Source: Octopus bimaculoides (lineage: Eukaryota). Taken from it: 64,000 nt of DNA. The notes under the pieces are model-generated. The model was not told the DNA's origin, made no database searches, and was given only the letters and a program-made list of their open reading frames with translations. A program made the translations under genes and the position numbers. Location: the NCBI RefSeq assembly GCF_001194135.2, contig NC_068986.1:26463290-26527289 (forward strand), in the 5' to 3' direction. Positions 14,401-26,620 of the stretch are shown here, piece after piece (position 1 is the stretch's first letter; each line of letters starts with the position of its first letter).

Positions 14401-17400
14401 ATAACGGCAGACGAAATACTGCCAAGCATTTCGCCCGGTGGGGTAACATTTCTGCCAGCTTACCGCCTTAAATATTTCTGCATAGGAAAATATCTCACAT
14501 GCAAGGAGCACAATAAAATGCATACAGCTCACACTATATGATGTGTTGGCTTGCTTCTCAGTTGCTGCATGTGCAAGATGATGCATACTATGTCAAGTAT
14601 GAGACTCATCAGACCCATACCAGAATGGAAATCCAGATGTAAATTGGTGTGGTGATTATTGTATGTATGCTTTATAAACTATATAAATCAGACTGGAGCC
14701 TGGTGTTGCCATCCGGTTTCACCAGTCCTCAGTCAAATCGTCCAACCCATGCTAGCATGGAAAGCGGACGTTAAACGATGATGATGATGATGATGATGAT
14801 AAATATCAAAATATAATATCTTATCTTAATGATCTTTATTAATTAGAATTTTTTTTTTTTTTTTTATCTAGAAACATATTTAAATAAATTATGTTAAAGT
14901 TTTAATTGTGAAAATGATTTCATGTGATATAAAAATTAAGTTTAAATCAACATATTGTAAGATCAAGGAAGATTGTTTAAATTCTATAATCAGCCTTTAG
15001 CAATAATTTAGTTAATTTTCTATATCTCTGTTATAAACTTAGATTTAAAGAAGTTGAACATGAACCATTGAATATTTATTTCCACTGTTTGAACTATAAA
15101 TGTTTCATTGGGTTTTTTTTTTTGTTCTTCACTCAGTTCCTTCTATGATTCCTTTACCAAATGAAATGCCTCCTCTTGGTGCAATACCAGCTCCAAACCA
15201 GAAACAACCTGTAGGCATTCTTAAAAAACCATCCTTGTTTGTGTAAGTATTGCTTTATGAGTTGTTTTTTTGCTTGTCTTGATTAGGCTTTTCAATACCA
15301 CCCTACCCTGCTTATACTAAAGGATTCATATTTAAATTAAAATCTCAATTAATGTGAATGATATGGTGAAATTTCAGTTGGTCAACACCATCATAGTATA
15401 TACAAGTACTAACCCTCCTCCAAAATCTTGAATATATCAAAATCATCATCATCATCATTATCATCGTTTAACGTTCGCTTTCCATGCTAGCATGGGTTGG
15501 ACGCTTTGACTGAAGACTGGCGAACCAGACGGCTGCACCAGGCTCCAATCTGATCTGGCAGAGTTTCTACAGCTGGATGCCCTTCCTAACACCAACCACT
15601 CCGAGAGTGTAGTGGGTGTTTTTATGGGACCAGTCAGGCAGTACTGTCAACGGCCACGCTCAAATGGCGTTTTTTACATGCCACCTGCACAGGAGCCAGT
15701 CCAACAGCACTGGCAACGACCTCACTCGAATGTTTTTTCACGTGCCACTGGCACAAGTGCCAGTAAAGCGACACTGGTAACAAATATTGGATTCATTTGC
15801 GGTTCGGGCATGGATAGGCACTGGCGTGGCTGTGTGGTGGTTAAGAAGCTTGCTTCCCAGCCACTTTGTCCTGAGTCCAGCTTCACTGCATGGCATCTTA
15901 GGTAAGTGTCCTCTACAATAGCCCTGTGCTGACCAAGGCCTTGTGAGTGAATTTTGTAGACAGAAGCTGAGAGAAGCCCTCTGCATCATCATCATTGTCA
16001 TCATTTAACATATACTTTTCCATGCTTGCATGGATCAGGCAGAATTTGTTGAGGTAGATTTCCTATGGCTGGCTGCCCTTCATTTGTTTCAAAACAAGCA
16101 CTGTTTCTCATAGCCTGGTATAATTTTTTCATCCTTTTCCATTAAATTTATTAAATTACTTATTAAAGTCCTTTGTTACGGTTGTACCTAATGTAATGGA
16201 AGCAACTCATCATCATCCCCGAAGAGTTATGCCCCCATGATTTCCCCACAAAATGTAAACAATACAAATGATTGTATTTGTAACTTTTATGCTGATTTAA
16301 AATGTATGGATTTCACAATTATCCTCTCCAGACAAGAAGCTTGAATTAACCCATTTATAGTTTGTTTTGCTTAATACTCACACATACACACATACACCTA
16401 GTCCACTTCCATATAGTCATTAAACAAAGACTAGAAAATTTGGTACATTTTTAATTCCATGTTACACTTCATTACAGTATAGGAAATACATTATAAATAT
16501 TAGTATTAATATTATAAATATGATAAATTTATAATAAGAATATACATTTTGAGAATATGGAGAGGATCTCCTAACTGTAACTTCTCATTCATTTGATTAT
16601 GAGAATATACATATGTGCTTCATGTGGACACAGCTTGGATTATAACTTGTTCTCTACATTTCAGCAGAACTTCTAGAGTGACTCAAGAACTGATTCTTTT
16701 ACTTGCTTAAGTCATTTGACTGCGACTATACTGGAGCACCACCTTAAGGGGTTTTAGTTGAACAAATCAACTCCAGGATTTAGTCTTTGTAAGCCTGGTA
16801 CTTATTCTATCGGTCTCTTTTGCCAAACCACTAAATTACAGTGCTGTAAACACAGCAGCATCGGTTGTCAAGCGATAGTGGCAGGGACAAATACACAAAT
16901 ATATATATATGGAATTTGAACAGTGTCTAATGAGTTGGAACAAATACTGCCAGGCATTGTATCCAATGCAGCCATCCTGTATTTTTTCCTCTTTTTCTTA
17001 ATATATATATATAGAGAGAGAGAGAGAGAGTCAGTTTTTACTATTAATGCATTTATTCTCTTAATGAATATAAACCTTTTTTTTTCTAGTCCTAAAACTG
17101 GTGATGGTAAAATCATTGATATGAAACTGTACATAGAAAAATCACCTCCAGGACCTCCACCTGGCTCACCTCCTCCTCTTACTGACAGTGAAGATGAAGA
17201 GTATGATCCTGAAAAAGGTAAGACATTCTTATTACTATTTCTGCATATTATACATTTCCTTTTAATCTTTTCTTTCTTTTATTCATATACTCTTCAACCT
17301 TTACCCGAATCTCTTGACCTTATTTTTTCATTAGTTAAAAATATCCCAATATTTTTTTATTTCTTTCAAGCTTTTAAGTCTTAACTGCTAAATTCTAGAT

Positions 17401-18898
17401 TGTCTATTATATTATTACTATCACTATATATTATCTCATATAAAAATTTTCATTAATTTTTTTCCTACTATAGCTCCAAACCAATGAATGAATTTGGTAT
17501 CTGGGGACTAAAAGAGTCCCGTTGTATATAAATATCTGTGTGTGTTTGTGCTTCTTTTTCTTGACATTGCCGAATAGTTGCAAATGAATGTCACTAGCAT
17601 ACAAGCAATGTCTTTCATTTCTACTTTTACCTGGGGAAACATGTCCTACCATAGAAAAATATTATTTTGCTTGGAAACAGGTGAAAGTTGGTGACAGAGT
17701 GGGTATCAAGCTGTAGAAAATCTGCCTCAATGAATTCAGTCTGACCAATGCAAGCAATGAAAATTAGGTGTTAAAACAATGGTTATGATGATGATGATGA
17801 TGTAGTACCTTTTATTCAGTCAGTTCAACGTTCTTTCTGTATTGATACATTTTGGGACAGACAAAGGGATTAAGTCGATTACATCGACCTGAGTGCATAA
17901 CTGGTACTTAATTTATTGACCCCGAAAAAATGAAAGGCAAAGTCAACCTCGGCGGAATTTGAACTCAGAACATAACGGCAGACGAAATACCACTCAGCAT
18001 TTTGCCCGGCGTGCTAACGTTTCTGCCATCTCGCCACCTTTTGGGACTGTACCTCTTGCTATTCAGTGGCAGTGGAGCATGATGCAGTCCTGGGGCTCAT
18101 TGGATTGTCAAACTGTCCAATCCATGTCAGCATAAAACATGGACATTAAATGGCAATGATAATTCTATCAGCTTATATAAAAGAAAATGGCTAAAAATTT
18201 CAGAAATAGTTTTGTTACAGATCTCAATTCACATATTTAATTCTTATTGACAGCCATAACTTTCTTTAATGATACAAGATGAATATAACTGTAAATCTTA
18301 GGGTGTATACTGGGTGATTCTGCTACCTGCAGGTGTAAAACCAAATCAGTAACTGCTCAGATTGGTGCAATATTTTTCTCTCGCTGCCCATTTTGACATT
18401 TGTGTTTCTTTCTGTTGTAGATATTCATGAAATCATTGGTAATGTAGAGGTTGAGGAACAAGCAGCTGAAGTTGTACAAAATGTTCCTGAGCCTGTTGGA
18501 GAACCACCTGCTGGTATGGTTTGCTACTTTTTTTTCGTTTTACTCATAACCCAATACACTCCTTATTTATTACAAAGTCTTAAGCCTTGTTTCTACTGCA
18601 TCAATGAATGTGTTTGCAAGAAAGGAAATGTATTGTATCCTTAATCGAACTTTGACATTTTAATTTATTCTATTTCTTTCAACATTACAAATGTGTGTGT
18701 GTGTGTGTGTATTATATACTCGCATGCATATGTGTGTGTATGTGTGCAGGCATGGCTGTATAGTTAAGAAGTTTGTTTTGCCATCGTGTGGAATCTTGGG
18801 CAAGTGACTTCTGTTACAGCCCTGAGCCAACCAAAGCCTTGCAAGTGGATTTGGTTGATGGAAACTGGAAAAAGCCTTTTGTAAATGCGTGTGTGTGC

Positions 18899-18949
<51 letters not shown>

Positions 18950-21900
18950 TAGATATGTACATTTATATGTGTTTGTGTGTACCTTTATCTAGACATCATG
19001 TGATGTTTGTAAGGAGCATCACCATCATACTTGTGAAGTTATTCATTTCCAGTCTTCCATGAAAAATATGTCTAGTGATGTAGAAATTTGTTGGCAAGAA
19101 GGGCATCCAGATGTAGAAAATCTGCTTCGGAAATTCCGTCTGACCCACACATGGAAAAGTGGACATTAAATGATTGACAAATAACATTAAATTTATTGGT
19201 TGAAATATTTTAGATATCTCTCTCTAATTTTAATTTTTTTATTGTTTGTTTTTCAATTGTTTTAGCTAAAATTAGAAAAATCCGTTTTGCTGACGACAAG
19301 GCAAAGGCAGCGCCTGAGGAAACTGAAAAAGAGTTTAAGTATCAGTTTGCAAAGAAAATCCGTAAGAATGTCACACCTCTACAAGCGATGATGTTGCGTA
19401 TGGCTGGACAACAGGCCCCTGATGTACAGGAAGAGGATGAAGACGAAGAGAAAGATGAAGAGAGTGACAGTAAAGACAGCAAGGAGAAAGAGAGTAAATC
19501 AAGAGAGCAGAACAGTTCTGATAGTGAAGAGGATGACTCTAAGGATGTCACTGAAGAGGATGAAAATACAAATGCTGAACAGAAAAATGTAACACTTCAT
19601 TTTTTTTTCTCAACTTGCCTTTATATTTTATAAGATAATATACACTGACACTCCATTGCTTATGATGACAAGTATTCCAGTTGATCCAATCAATGGAATA
19701 GCCTACTCATGAAATTTATGTGCAAGCATCATGGCTTATGAGGACTTTTTAGTTTTGTTGAGAGCAAGACAACTTCCATAATGCTAATGCATCAAAAATA
19801 CACTTAATACACTCTGTAAAGTAGTTGGTGTTAGGAAAGGCCATAAAAAGACCCTTACCAAGACTGAAACACTAGAGCAATACATGGTCTTCCAATCTGA
19901 CTGATACAGTCAAACTGTCCACTTCATGCCAGCATGGAAAGTGGATGTGAAATGATAATGATACACACACACACACACACACACACTATTTTACTTCCTA
20001 TTTTTCCTACTGGCATGGATTGCACAACATGTATATGCATATGTTTATTAAAAGTAGTTGTTTTCATGTATAGTTATATATAAAAACAATCAAACATTAA
20101 TAAATTGGTCACTCAATACATTTAAGGTTAACAGTGACTTGGAATTTTAGCTCTGTTGTCTTTCGACTTGACTGTCTGACAAAGGCAACTGAGTCAAAAT
20201 TAAGATTGCACCCTTTCCTGATCAATGAGCTTAATGTGTCCATTTATACTTTACTTAGTGTTGACATGTGTGAAGGCACGTGACTTAGTGGTTAGGGTGT
20301 TCAGCTCACAATTACAAGGTCATGAATTCGATCTCCAGTGGCGTGTTGTATCTTTGAGCAAGATATTCTATTTTGCATTGCTTCTGTCCACTCTGCTGCC
20401 AAAAATGAGTATGTACTCCTGTATTTCAAAGGGCCAGCCTTGTCACACCCTACATCATGTTGAACCTCCCCGAGAACTACTTCAAGGGTATGTGTGTCTG
20501 TGGAGTGCTCAGCCACTTGCATGTTAACCCATTACCTACTAGGGATCACTCATATGAGATCACTTAAAAATGACAAATTTCGTAATTATCTGTCAATATT
20601 TACACATATCTAACCTTTTTGCTATATCTACTAGGTATATTTCTCTGATATTCAAATGAGGTTTGCTAATTTTTCACCCAATATCTTGCTTATTTCTATT
20701 TTAAATGTTATTTTGATCATTCCAGTGTGTTTCTAAGGCTGTTTTATGCTAGAAATCAATGTTTCATAAAAAAATTCCAGTTGATAGAATTGTGGGAGGT
20801 AATGGAGCTAATGTTATGATCAAGCTGTCTGGTTGATCAAATCAAATGGAACACTCATTGTCATAACCAATGGAGTGCCATAGAGAGTGTAGACATAAAG
20901 GTTACTTGTTTGACTTTTTATTATTGACAGTGTAAATTCATTTTTGGTTTTATAGTAAACATAGGGTGTTTTCACTTTCTAGCTCTCAGATGAAGAAGAC
21001 AATGCTAAGCAGAATTCCGATACAGGCACTCAAGATAATAAATCTGGACCAATTATGTCGATGGCACCTGTAGTACCAACAGCAACAGACATCCCTTCAC
21101 ATCCTAATAAGCTGATTCCTCCAGGTCCACCTCCAGGACTACCTCCTGGAGGACCACCAGGGGTTCCACCAGGGGTTCCACCAGGGGTTCCACCAGGTCA
21201 GTAAAACTTTTTATTTCTGAAAAGGACAAAAACAGAAGAAGGGGATGGTGGGAGCCAGAGTTTGGGAAGGACAGAGATAGGGGTTAGTACATTGTGTTGA
21301 AAGTGGGGTAGATGTTGAGAACAGTGCATTATATTGGTGGGAGTCAGAAATTAGGAGACATTGTGTTATTTTAGGAAGGTCAAAGGAATGGTAACAGTGC
21401 ATTATGTTGGGCAGAGCAGGCAGAAGTTCAGTGACAGTGCATTCTGTTGGGGAGGACATTAAGTTGTTGGGGTAACATAAGTAAAAGTAAAGGCTACCTT
21501 TTCAAGTCATGTCGACTTCTAAGGGCTTATCTGGATGGGATGCTGGTCTGACACAAGATTACTAATTTTTGCCAGCTGAGTGGACTGAAACACCATGAAA
21601 TGAACTGTTTTGCTCAAGAACACAACATGTTGCCTGGCCCAGGAATCGAAACCATGATCATATGATCATGAATCCAACACCTTAACCAGTAAGCTATGTA
21701 CCTCCACTAACATAAGTAAGGGATAGTGCATTATGTTAGGAGAGGAGAGCAAAGGTTCAGGAAGAGTGCATTATGTCAAGGAGAAAAAGAGATTGGGAGA
21801 CAATGCTTTATGGCAGAGAGGTAAGTTGAAGTGGAACAGTACTATATCATTTATTTGGCTGATGAACCATTCTGTTTCTAAAAGAAGGAGTTCTTTTATT

Positions 21901-23674
21901 TATTAAAGACACAATATTTCAGTAGTTTATCTCCATACAAATGGATTTCATTATTTGAATTAATTTTACTTTTTACTTTGTCAGGTGTTTGTGAATGTAT
22001 TTATTTTGTTAATTCTTTTTCTTTTTAGGTCCACCACCTGGAGCACCAGTATTTATGAGACCTCCACCTCTGCGGCCTCCAGCTGGCACTATGCCGCGTC
22101 TCTTACCACCAGGTCCACCACCAGGAAGACCTGCTGGTTTACCTCCTGGTCCACCACCTGGCCTACCACCTAATCTGCGTGGTTTACCTCCCAGATTGCC
22201 CCAAGGACCACCTGGTGAGTGAATTTTCTGTTGTTTTTTGTAAATTTTTTTCTCCTTTTAATGAATCTCTCTGAGAACTGCTTTAAGGGTACGTGTGTCT
22301 GTGGAGTGCTCAGCCACTTGCACTTTAATTTCATGAACTGGCTGTTCCATTGATCAGATCTAGGACACTCATTCTAACCAGTAGAATGCTAGAAAAATGT
22401 AGAGACATCATTTTTGTATTTGATAATAGTAAAAGTTAATCATTTCACCAACCTCAGGTCTAATACCTTGACAGTTTTTACAGCATTATTGTTTGGGGAT
22501 ATAAATCTTCCTGAGTTGAGAGTGTCAGCGTATCACACCAAATTTTCTCTGAGGGCTCTGGTAGTTACCCCTTTTTAGTCAGAGGTTTAACATGTTGCCC
22601 TGTTTCATGCCACCCAGTACTTTACACAAAGTACTCTAGTACTTCCCATGAAGTTTTTTTTCTGTTACTAACATTAGGACTTTTCCTACTGTTTACCCCT
22701 GCAGACTTGCAAACATGCCAAATGAATTGAGCCACAGCACCTGTGGTGTCAATGTTAGAGGAGAGAGAAGGGTGAGACCCAAAAGGAAATGATGGCCTTA
22801 CACCATTATGTTACCATCTTGCTCCCATCTTGCTCAAATACATAGATGTAAGGTTCAATTTTTCAGCAAGGAAAACATTACACTTTCTTTCGTTTTCCTT
22901 CCCCTTCTCTCTCTCTTTCTTTTTTCTTCTTTGTATTATATACTAATGTGCATAAAAAACTGCATAAAAAATTTTGGGGTTTTGATTCTGTTTTCTGTAT
23001 TTTCAGGTGTTGTTCCACCCCGACTCATACGACCTCCTGGAGCATTACCAAGCATCCCACCTCCTGGCCTGCCTCCTCCGCCTGGTGTGACTGGGCTCGG
23101 TCCACTAAATGCCAGTGTGTTGAGTGCCCCTCCAAGCATTGTGAAACCTCCATTAAAATCCAGTGAGGACAATGTGAAATCTGGCAGCAGTGCCACTATT
23201 GAAGCCAAGCCCCAGATCAAGAACCTCCTGGCTGATGTGACACGATTCACTCCAACAGCTCTAAAAGTAAAGAGGGGTATTCGTGATGCTAGAGGTCGTG
23301 TAAAGATAATCAGTAAGTATTGTTGCTTCATGTCTTTATTTCTGCTTTTCCTGTTTGCTGTTTTATTTTCATGTCTCTATGCTTGCATGGATAGGTTGGT
23401 TTTTACGGCTGAATGACCTTCATGTTGCTAACCACTCTACTTTGAGGTAGAAGTAATGCATTTTTTTTTTTTTTTTTTTTTGTTAATCCAACAAACAGGA
23501 GTACGCAAAGTTATGTTCGTTGGCAAATATGGTCAATGCTATGCTTCACTGATGCTGTCATAATAAGTTTCAGACAAACTGAAAATAACTGACACCCCCT
23601 TTCCAGCTATACCAGCATGGAAAGCTAACAAAATAACAGTGATGACGATGATGATGATGAGATATATTAGATAT

Positions 23675-23734
<60 letters not shown>

Positions 23735-24398
23735 GTTTAACGTCTGCTTTCCATGCTAGCATGGGTTGGACGACTTGACTGAGGACTGGTGAAACCGGAT
23801 GGCAACACCAGGCTCCATGTATATAATTTTAATGTCTGGAGGTGCAATGGCCCAGTGGTTAGGGCAGCGGACTCGCAGTCATAGGATCGCGGTTTCGATT
23901 CCCAGACAGGGCATTGTGAGTGTTTATTGAGTGAAAACACCCAAAGTTTCTGTTGTGCCTGTAATTCAAAGGGTCAGCCTTGTCACACTGTGTCACGTTG
24001 AATATCCCCGAGAACTACGTTAAGGGTACACGTGTTTGTGGAGTGCTCAGCCACTTACACGTTAATTTCACGAGCAGGCTGTTCCGTTGATCGGATCAAC
24101 TGGAACCCTCGACGGAGTGCCAACAACAAATTTTAATGTCTACTTTTCCATGTTTGGATGAGAGAGAGAGAAAGAGAGAGTAGGGGATGATTAAATAAGT
24201 GTACATGTGTGTTTGTGTTCACATTAACATATATTCACATGACAACTATTTTTGTTTTTAGATCCTAATCTGACAGCAAAGGAAGAAGAAAAGAGACCTT
24301 CCGGAATGCAGAATAAACCCACACCCACAGTGACACAGACGAAAACTAAGGATGATGTTTATGAAGAGTTTATGAAAGAAATGAAAAACCTTTTGTAA
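5458..24398 (+). CDS. WBP11: WW domain-binding protein 11 (SIPP1/NpwBP splicing factor), complete, 14 coding exons, 646 aa
   Basis: join(5458-5521, 8523-8554, 8811-8904, 10498-10595, 12129-12216, 13690-13761, 15137-15242, 17090-17217, 18421-18513, 19266-19588, 20983-21196, 22029-22214, 23007-23312, 24262-24398) = 1941 nt, open throughout, all GT-AG. Diagnostic segments: MGRRSINTTKSGKYMNPTDQARKEARKRELKKNKKQR, LNEKVLKDKRKKL, TPLQAMMLRMAGQ, Pro/Gly-rich region, ATIEAKPQI, TRFTPTALKV, and C-terminal TKDDVYEEFMKEMKNLL*. Confidence 0.97.
6217..6593 (-). mobile_element. tRNA-derived SINE, family A (internal CA/TA microsatellite)
   Basis: Head AGTGGCTGTGTGGTAAGTAGCTTGCTTACC...GGTTCAGTCCC, tail CAGTCAAATGACTGAAACAAGTAAAA; many copies in the window. 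Confidence 0.85.
6765..7147 (+). mobile_element. tRNA-derived SINE, family A, inverted relative to 6217-6593
   Basis: Near-full-length reverse-complement homologue of the previous copy. Confidence 0.85.
9187..9426. mobile_element. piggyBac-type MITE (240 bp) in WBP11 intron 3
   Basis: TTAA|CCCTTTAACAGCAA ... TTGCTGTAAAAGGG|TTAA. Confidence 0.8.
9460..9797 (+). mobile_element. SINE family C with (GAT)n tail
   Basis: GTTGGCGTTAGGAAGGGCATCCAGCTGTAG...CCAACCCATGCCAACATGGAAAG then GATGAT. Other copies at about 690-860, 4160-4380, 15465-15780 (minus), 19790-19965, 25680-25840. Confidence 0.75.
11279..11393. other. Assembly gap (115 N) inside a TA microsatellite
   Basis: N run with the same (TA)n-ACAGGTATGGCCATGTGATTCTCCCAGT on both sides. 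Confidence 0.97.
14247..14467 (-). mobile_element. SINE family B with 12-bp TSD
   Basis: TTAAATATTTCT at 14235-14246 and 14468-14479; core GAAAGGATGAAAGGCAAAGTCGACCTCGGC. Other copies at about 3783-4060, 4535-4760, 7735-7930, 17855-18040, 41430-41690, 43590-43735. Confidence 0.8.
21485..21707 (-). mobile_element. tRNA-derived SINE with 12-bp TSD in WBP11 intron 11
   Basis: TAACATAAGTAA at 21473-21484 and 21708-21719; tRNA-like head on the minus strand. Confidence 0.75.
23675..23734. repeat. (ATC)20 microsatellite (SINE tail)
   Basis: Perfect trinucleotide run read directly. Confidence 0.9.
23838..24128 (+). mobile_element. tRNA-derived SINE family D with 13-bp TSD
   Basis: AATTTTAATGTCT at 23825-23837 and 24129-24141; A-box TGGCCCAGTGG, B-box GGTTTCGATTCC, (CAA)n tail. 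Confidence 0.85.
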
Positions 24399-24557
24399 TT
24401 ACACTTCTCCTGTTGAGAACTGTGTTTGCTTGGGTATCGTTGGCAAGATTACAGCCTCTGTGTCTTACCTTGGGTGGCTTGCCTTATATCCAACACTTGT
24501 CATGTACATTTTCATTATTAGCAACCTAAGCAACACATCTTTATTAAAACACTAATT

Positions 24558-24599
<42 letters not shown>

Positions 24600-24642
24600 C
24601 ATGGGCTCACAAGTTCAAAAGAAGCTGTGCCTGGCCACTTAG

Positions 24643-24679
24643 AATAAAAGGCTCAAAGACAAGTCTGAGAGTGAATAAA
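24643..24679 (+). terminator. Candidate WBP11 polyadenylation signals
   Basis: AATAAA at 24643-24648 and 24674-24679, about 250 bp after the stop. A further AATAAA at 25195-25200 has GT/T-rich sequence downstream. Which one is used is unknown. Confidence 0.3.
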
Positions 24680-24842
24680 ACATATATTGAATCCATAATC
24701 ATAAATCCAACTAAATGCATATTGTTTTGCTTATGGCTTTGCAAGAACAATTCCCAAACAATATATTTTGTTGGACTAATGATTGTGGATTAAATATCTT
24801 TTATATATATATATATGTATATATGTGTGTGTGTGTATATAT

Positions 24843-24873
<31 letters not shown>

Positions 24874-25864
24874 GCTTAGTTTGTACAGAACTCCTTTCTT
24901 GAACTGATTTTATGATTACAGTACATCTGCCTCCCTTTCAATTCCTCCTCTTCCTCTATATTTTGTGATCTCGAGTGCATTGTTGGTCTAAAGAAACTAC
25001 AATCTCTCTATATTAGGCCCAGCTTCACAAAGACAAAGCTTCTTAATTTCTTGTGGCTTTGTTCCCCAGAAATCCGCACACACACACATGTTCTGTTATA
25101 CAGAAACAAGTAATGGAGAGGATGTTAATTTTGAGGAGGTTTTATTATTTTTTTTTTTCAAATATTTTTGTTATATTGATAAAAAAGAAGAAAAAATAAA
25201 TATGTATAAATTATTGATGCTTCGTTGTCTTGTATTTTTGTTTGTTTTATTCTTTTCTTTTATTTGTTTCAGTCATGCTGGGTCAGCACCACCTGGTGGG
25301 TTTTTGTAGATTACCTTTCCCCTCTGACCTACTCACATGACCTCCCCTATGCCTCTATTTCCTTCAGTGACTTTCACAGAATTCCTCCCCCACCTTGGTC
25401 TATTTCTCCCTTCCTGTTCCTTTTCCCTCACACCTTATGTTTACACATACCCCTTATTATGTTGGACAGCCCTAGATCTTCTTACAAAACCAACCCTATA
25501 GCTTTTTCGAACTTTATCCCTCCCTTTTTCTCAACCCTATCACTAATCTCTTTCCTCTCCCTTGTTCCCTGTAATTTTCCCCCATCTTCTCTTACTTACC
25601 ATTCCCTCATCCCTCAGCCTAGGATCATTACCCACTTTCTCTTCTGGTCTGACTTTCCAAGTTACAACGTGATCATCACTAGTACTGGTGCCATGAGAAA
25701 AGCACTCTGTACATTCTGTAAAGTGGTTGGCATTAGGAAGGCATTCAGCCATTGAAACCATACCAAAAATAGACATTAGATTGTGTTAAAGTATCCAACC
25801 CATAACAACGTGGAATATGGATGTTCAATAATGACAATGATGTATGTATATACACATGCATGTA

Positions 25865-26620
25865 CAAGGTCTGATCAATAAGCATCTGGACTGGTGCTCT
25901 AAAGACAACTGTAACACGTACCAAAGTAGTCCCCGTCGGAAGCCACACACTTAACCTACTGCTGTTTCCATTGATGGAAGCATTCCTGGAACTCATTTTT
26001 TGGGACAATCAGCAGCTGCCTCGTTGCATTCACTTTGAATTCTTTGACGTCCTGAAATCTTCCCTTCAAGCGGAATTTGATTTTTATAAAGAGGCAAAAG
26101 CTGCAAGGGTTGAAATCTTTGGAATACGGTGACAGTCAGACTTGGGGAATGCTGCACCTTGCCAAAAGCTGCTGCATAAGCTGTGCTGAATGGGCAGATG
26201 CATTGTCAGCCGAAAGCAGTTTTGGCATGCGTCTCATACCCAAATCGTCAGTGATAACGGACTGAACTGAACCGTAATTAATCAGCACATCCTCTGATAA
26301 CTCACGGATGATGATCTGACAATTTCCTCTCACATATGCACACACATCTGCAATGTTTTTCTCAGTTCTGTTGGTTGCAAGTCTCCCAGAATGTTCATCA
26401 CTCTCGACATTTTTTTGGCTCATACACTCCTCTTTATACACCTTCTGTAACTTTGCGTAGGCCTCTGAGCAGGTGTTGCCAAGCTTTTGGCAAAATTTGA
26501 TGCAGATTCATGGTCAGTGTGATGATCACATGCTACACACGTTTCTTCCAAGCATTACTGTAAACAACAGGTGAGCTAGAACATTAAAACTTAGTGCAAA
26601 TGCACAGCAATCATGTTTGT
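25865..26620 (-). mobile_element. Internally deleted mariner remnant
   Basis: TA|CAAGGTCTGATCAATAAG terminus. The translation jumps from the HTH region (INYGSVQSVITDDLGMRR..PKLLS) straight to DNASAHSA..., followed by C-terminal ECFHQWKQQ*VKCVASDGDYF. Right TIR not identified. Confidence 0.7.

Noticed and set aside
20983-20989. Alternative acceptor CTCTCAG| 7 nt into WBP11 exon 11
   Set aside because: It would shift the frame relative to the phase-0 donor at 19588; the upstream TAG gives the open model.
22936-23331. 131-aa antisense ORF (likewise 35255-35566 and 19342-19551)
   Set aside because: Shadow frames of real WBP11 and FOXJ1 exons; no independent evidence.
23539-23733. ORF starting with 20 methionines
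   Set aside because: Reverse reading of an (ATC)20 SINE tail.
25225-25755. 176-aa ORF downstream of WBP11
   Set aside because: Pyrimidine-rich low-complexity sequence running into a SINE; F/S/P/L-biased with no recognisable domain.
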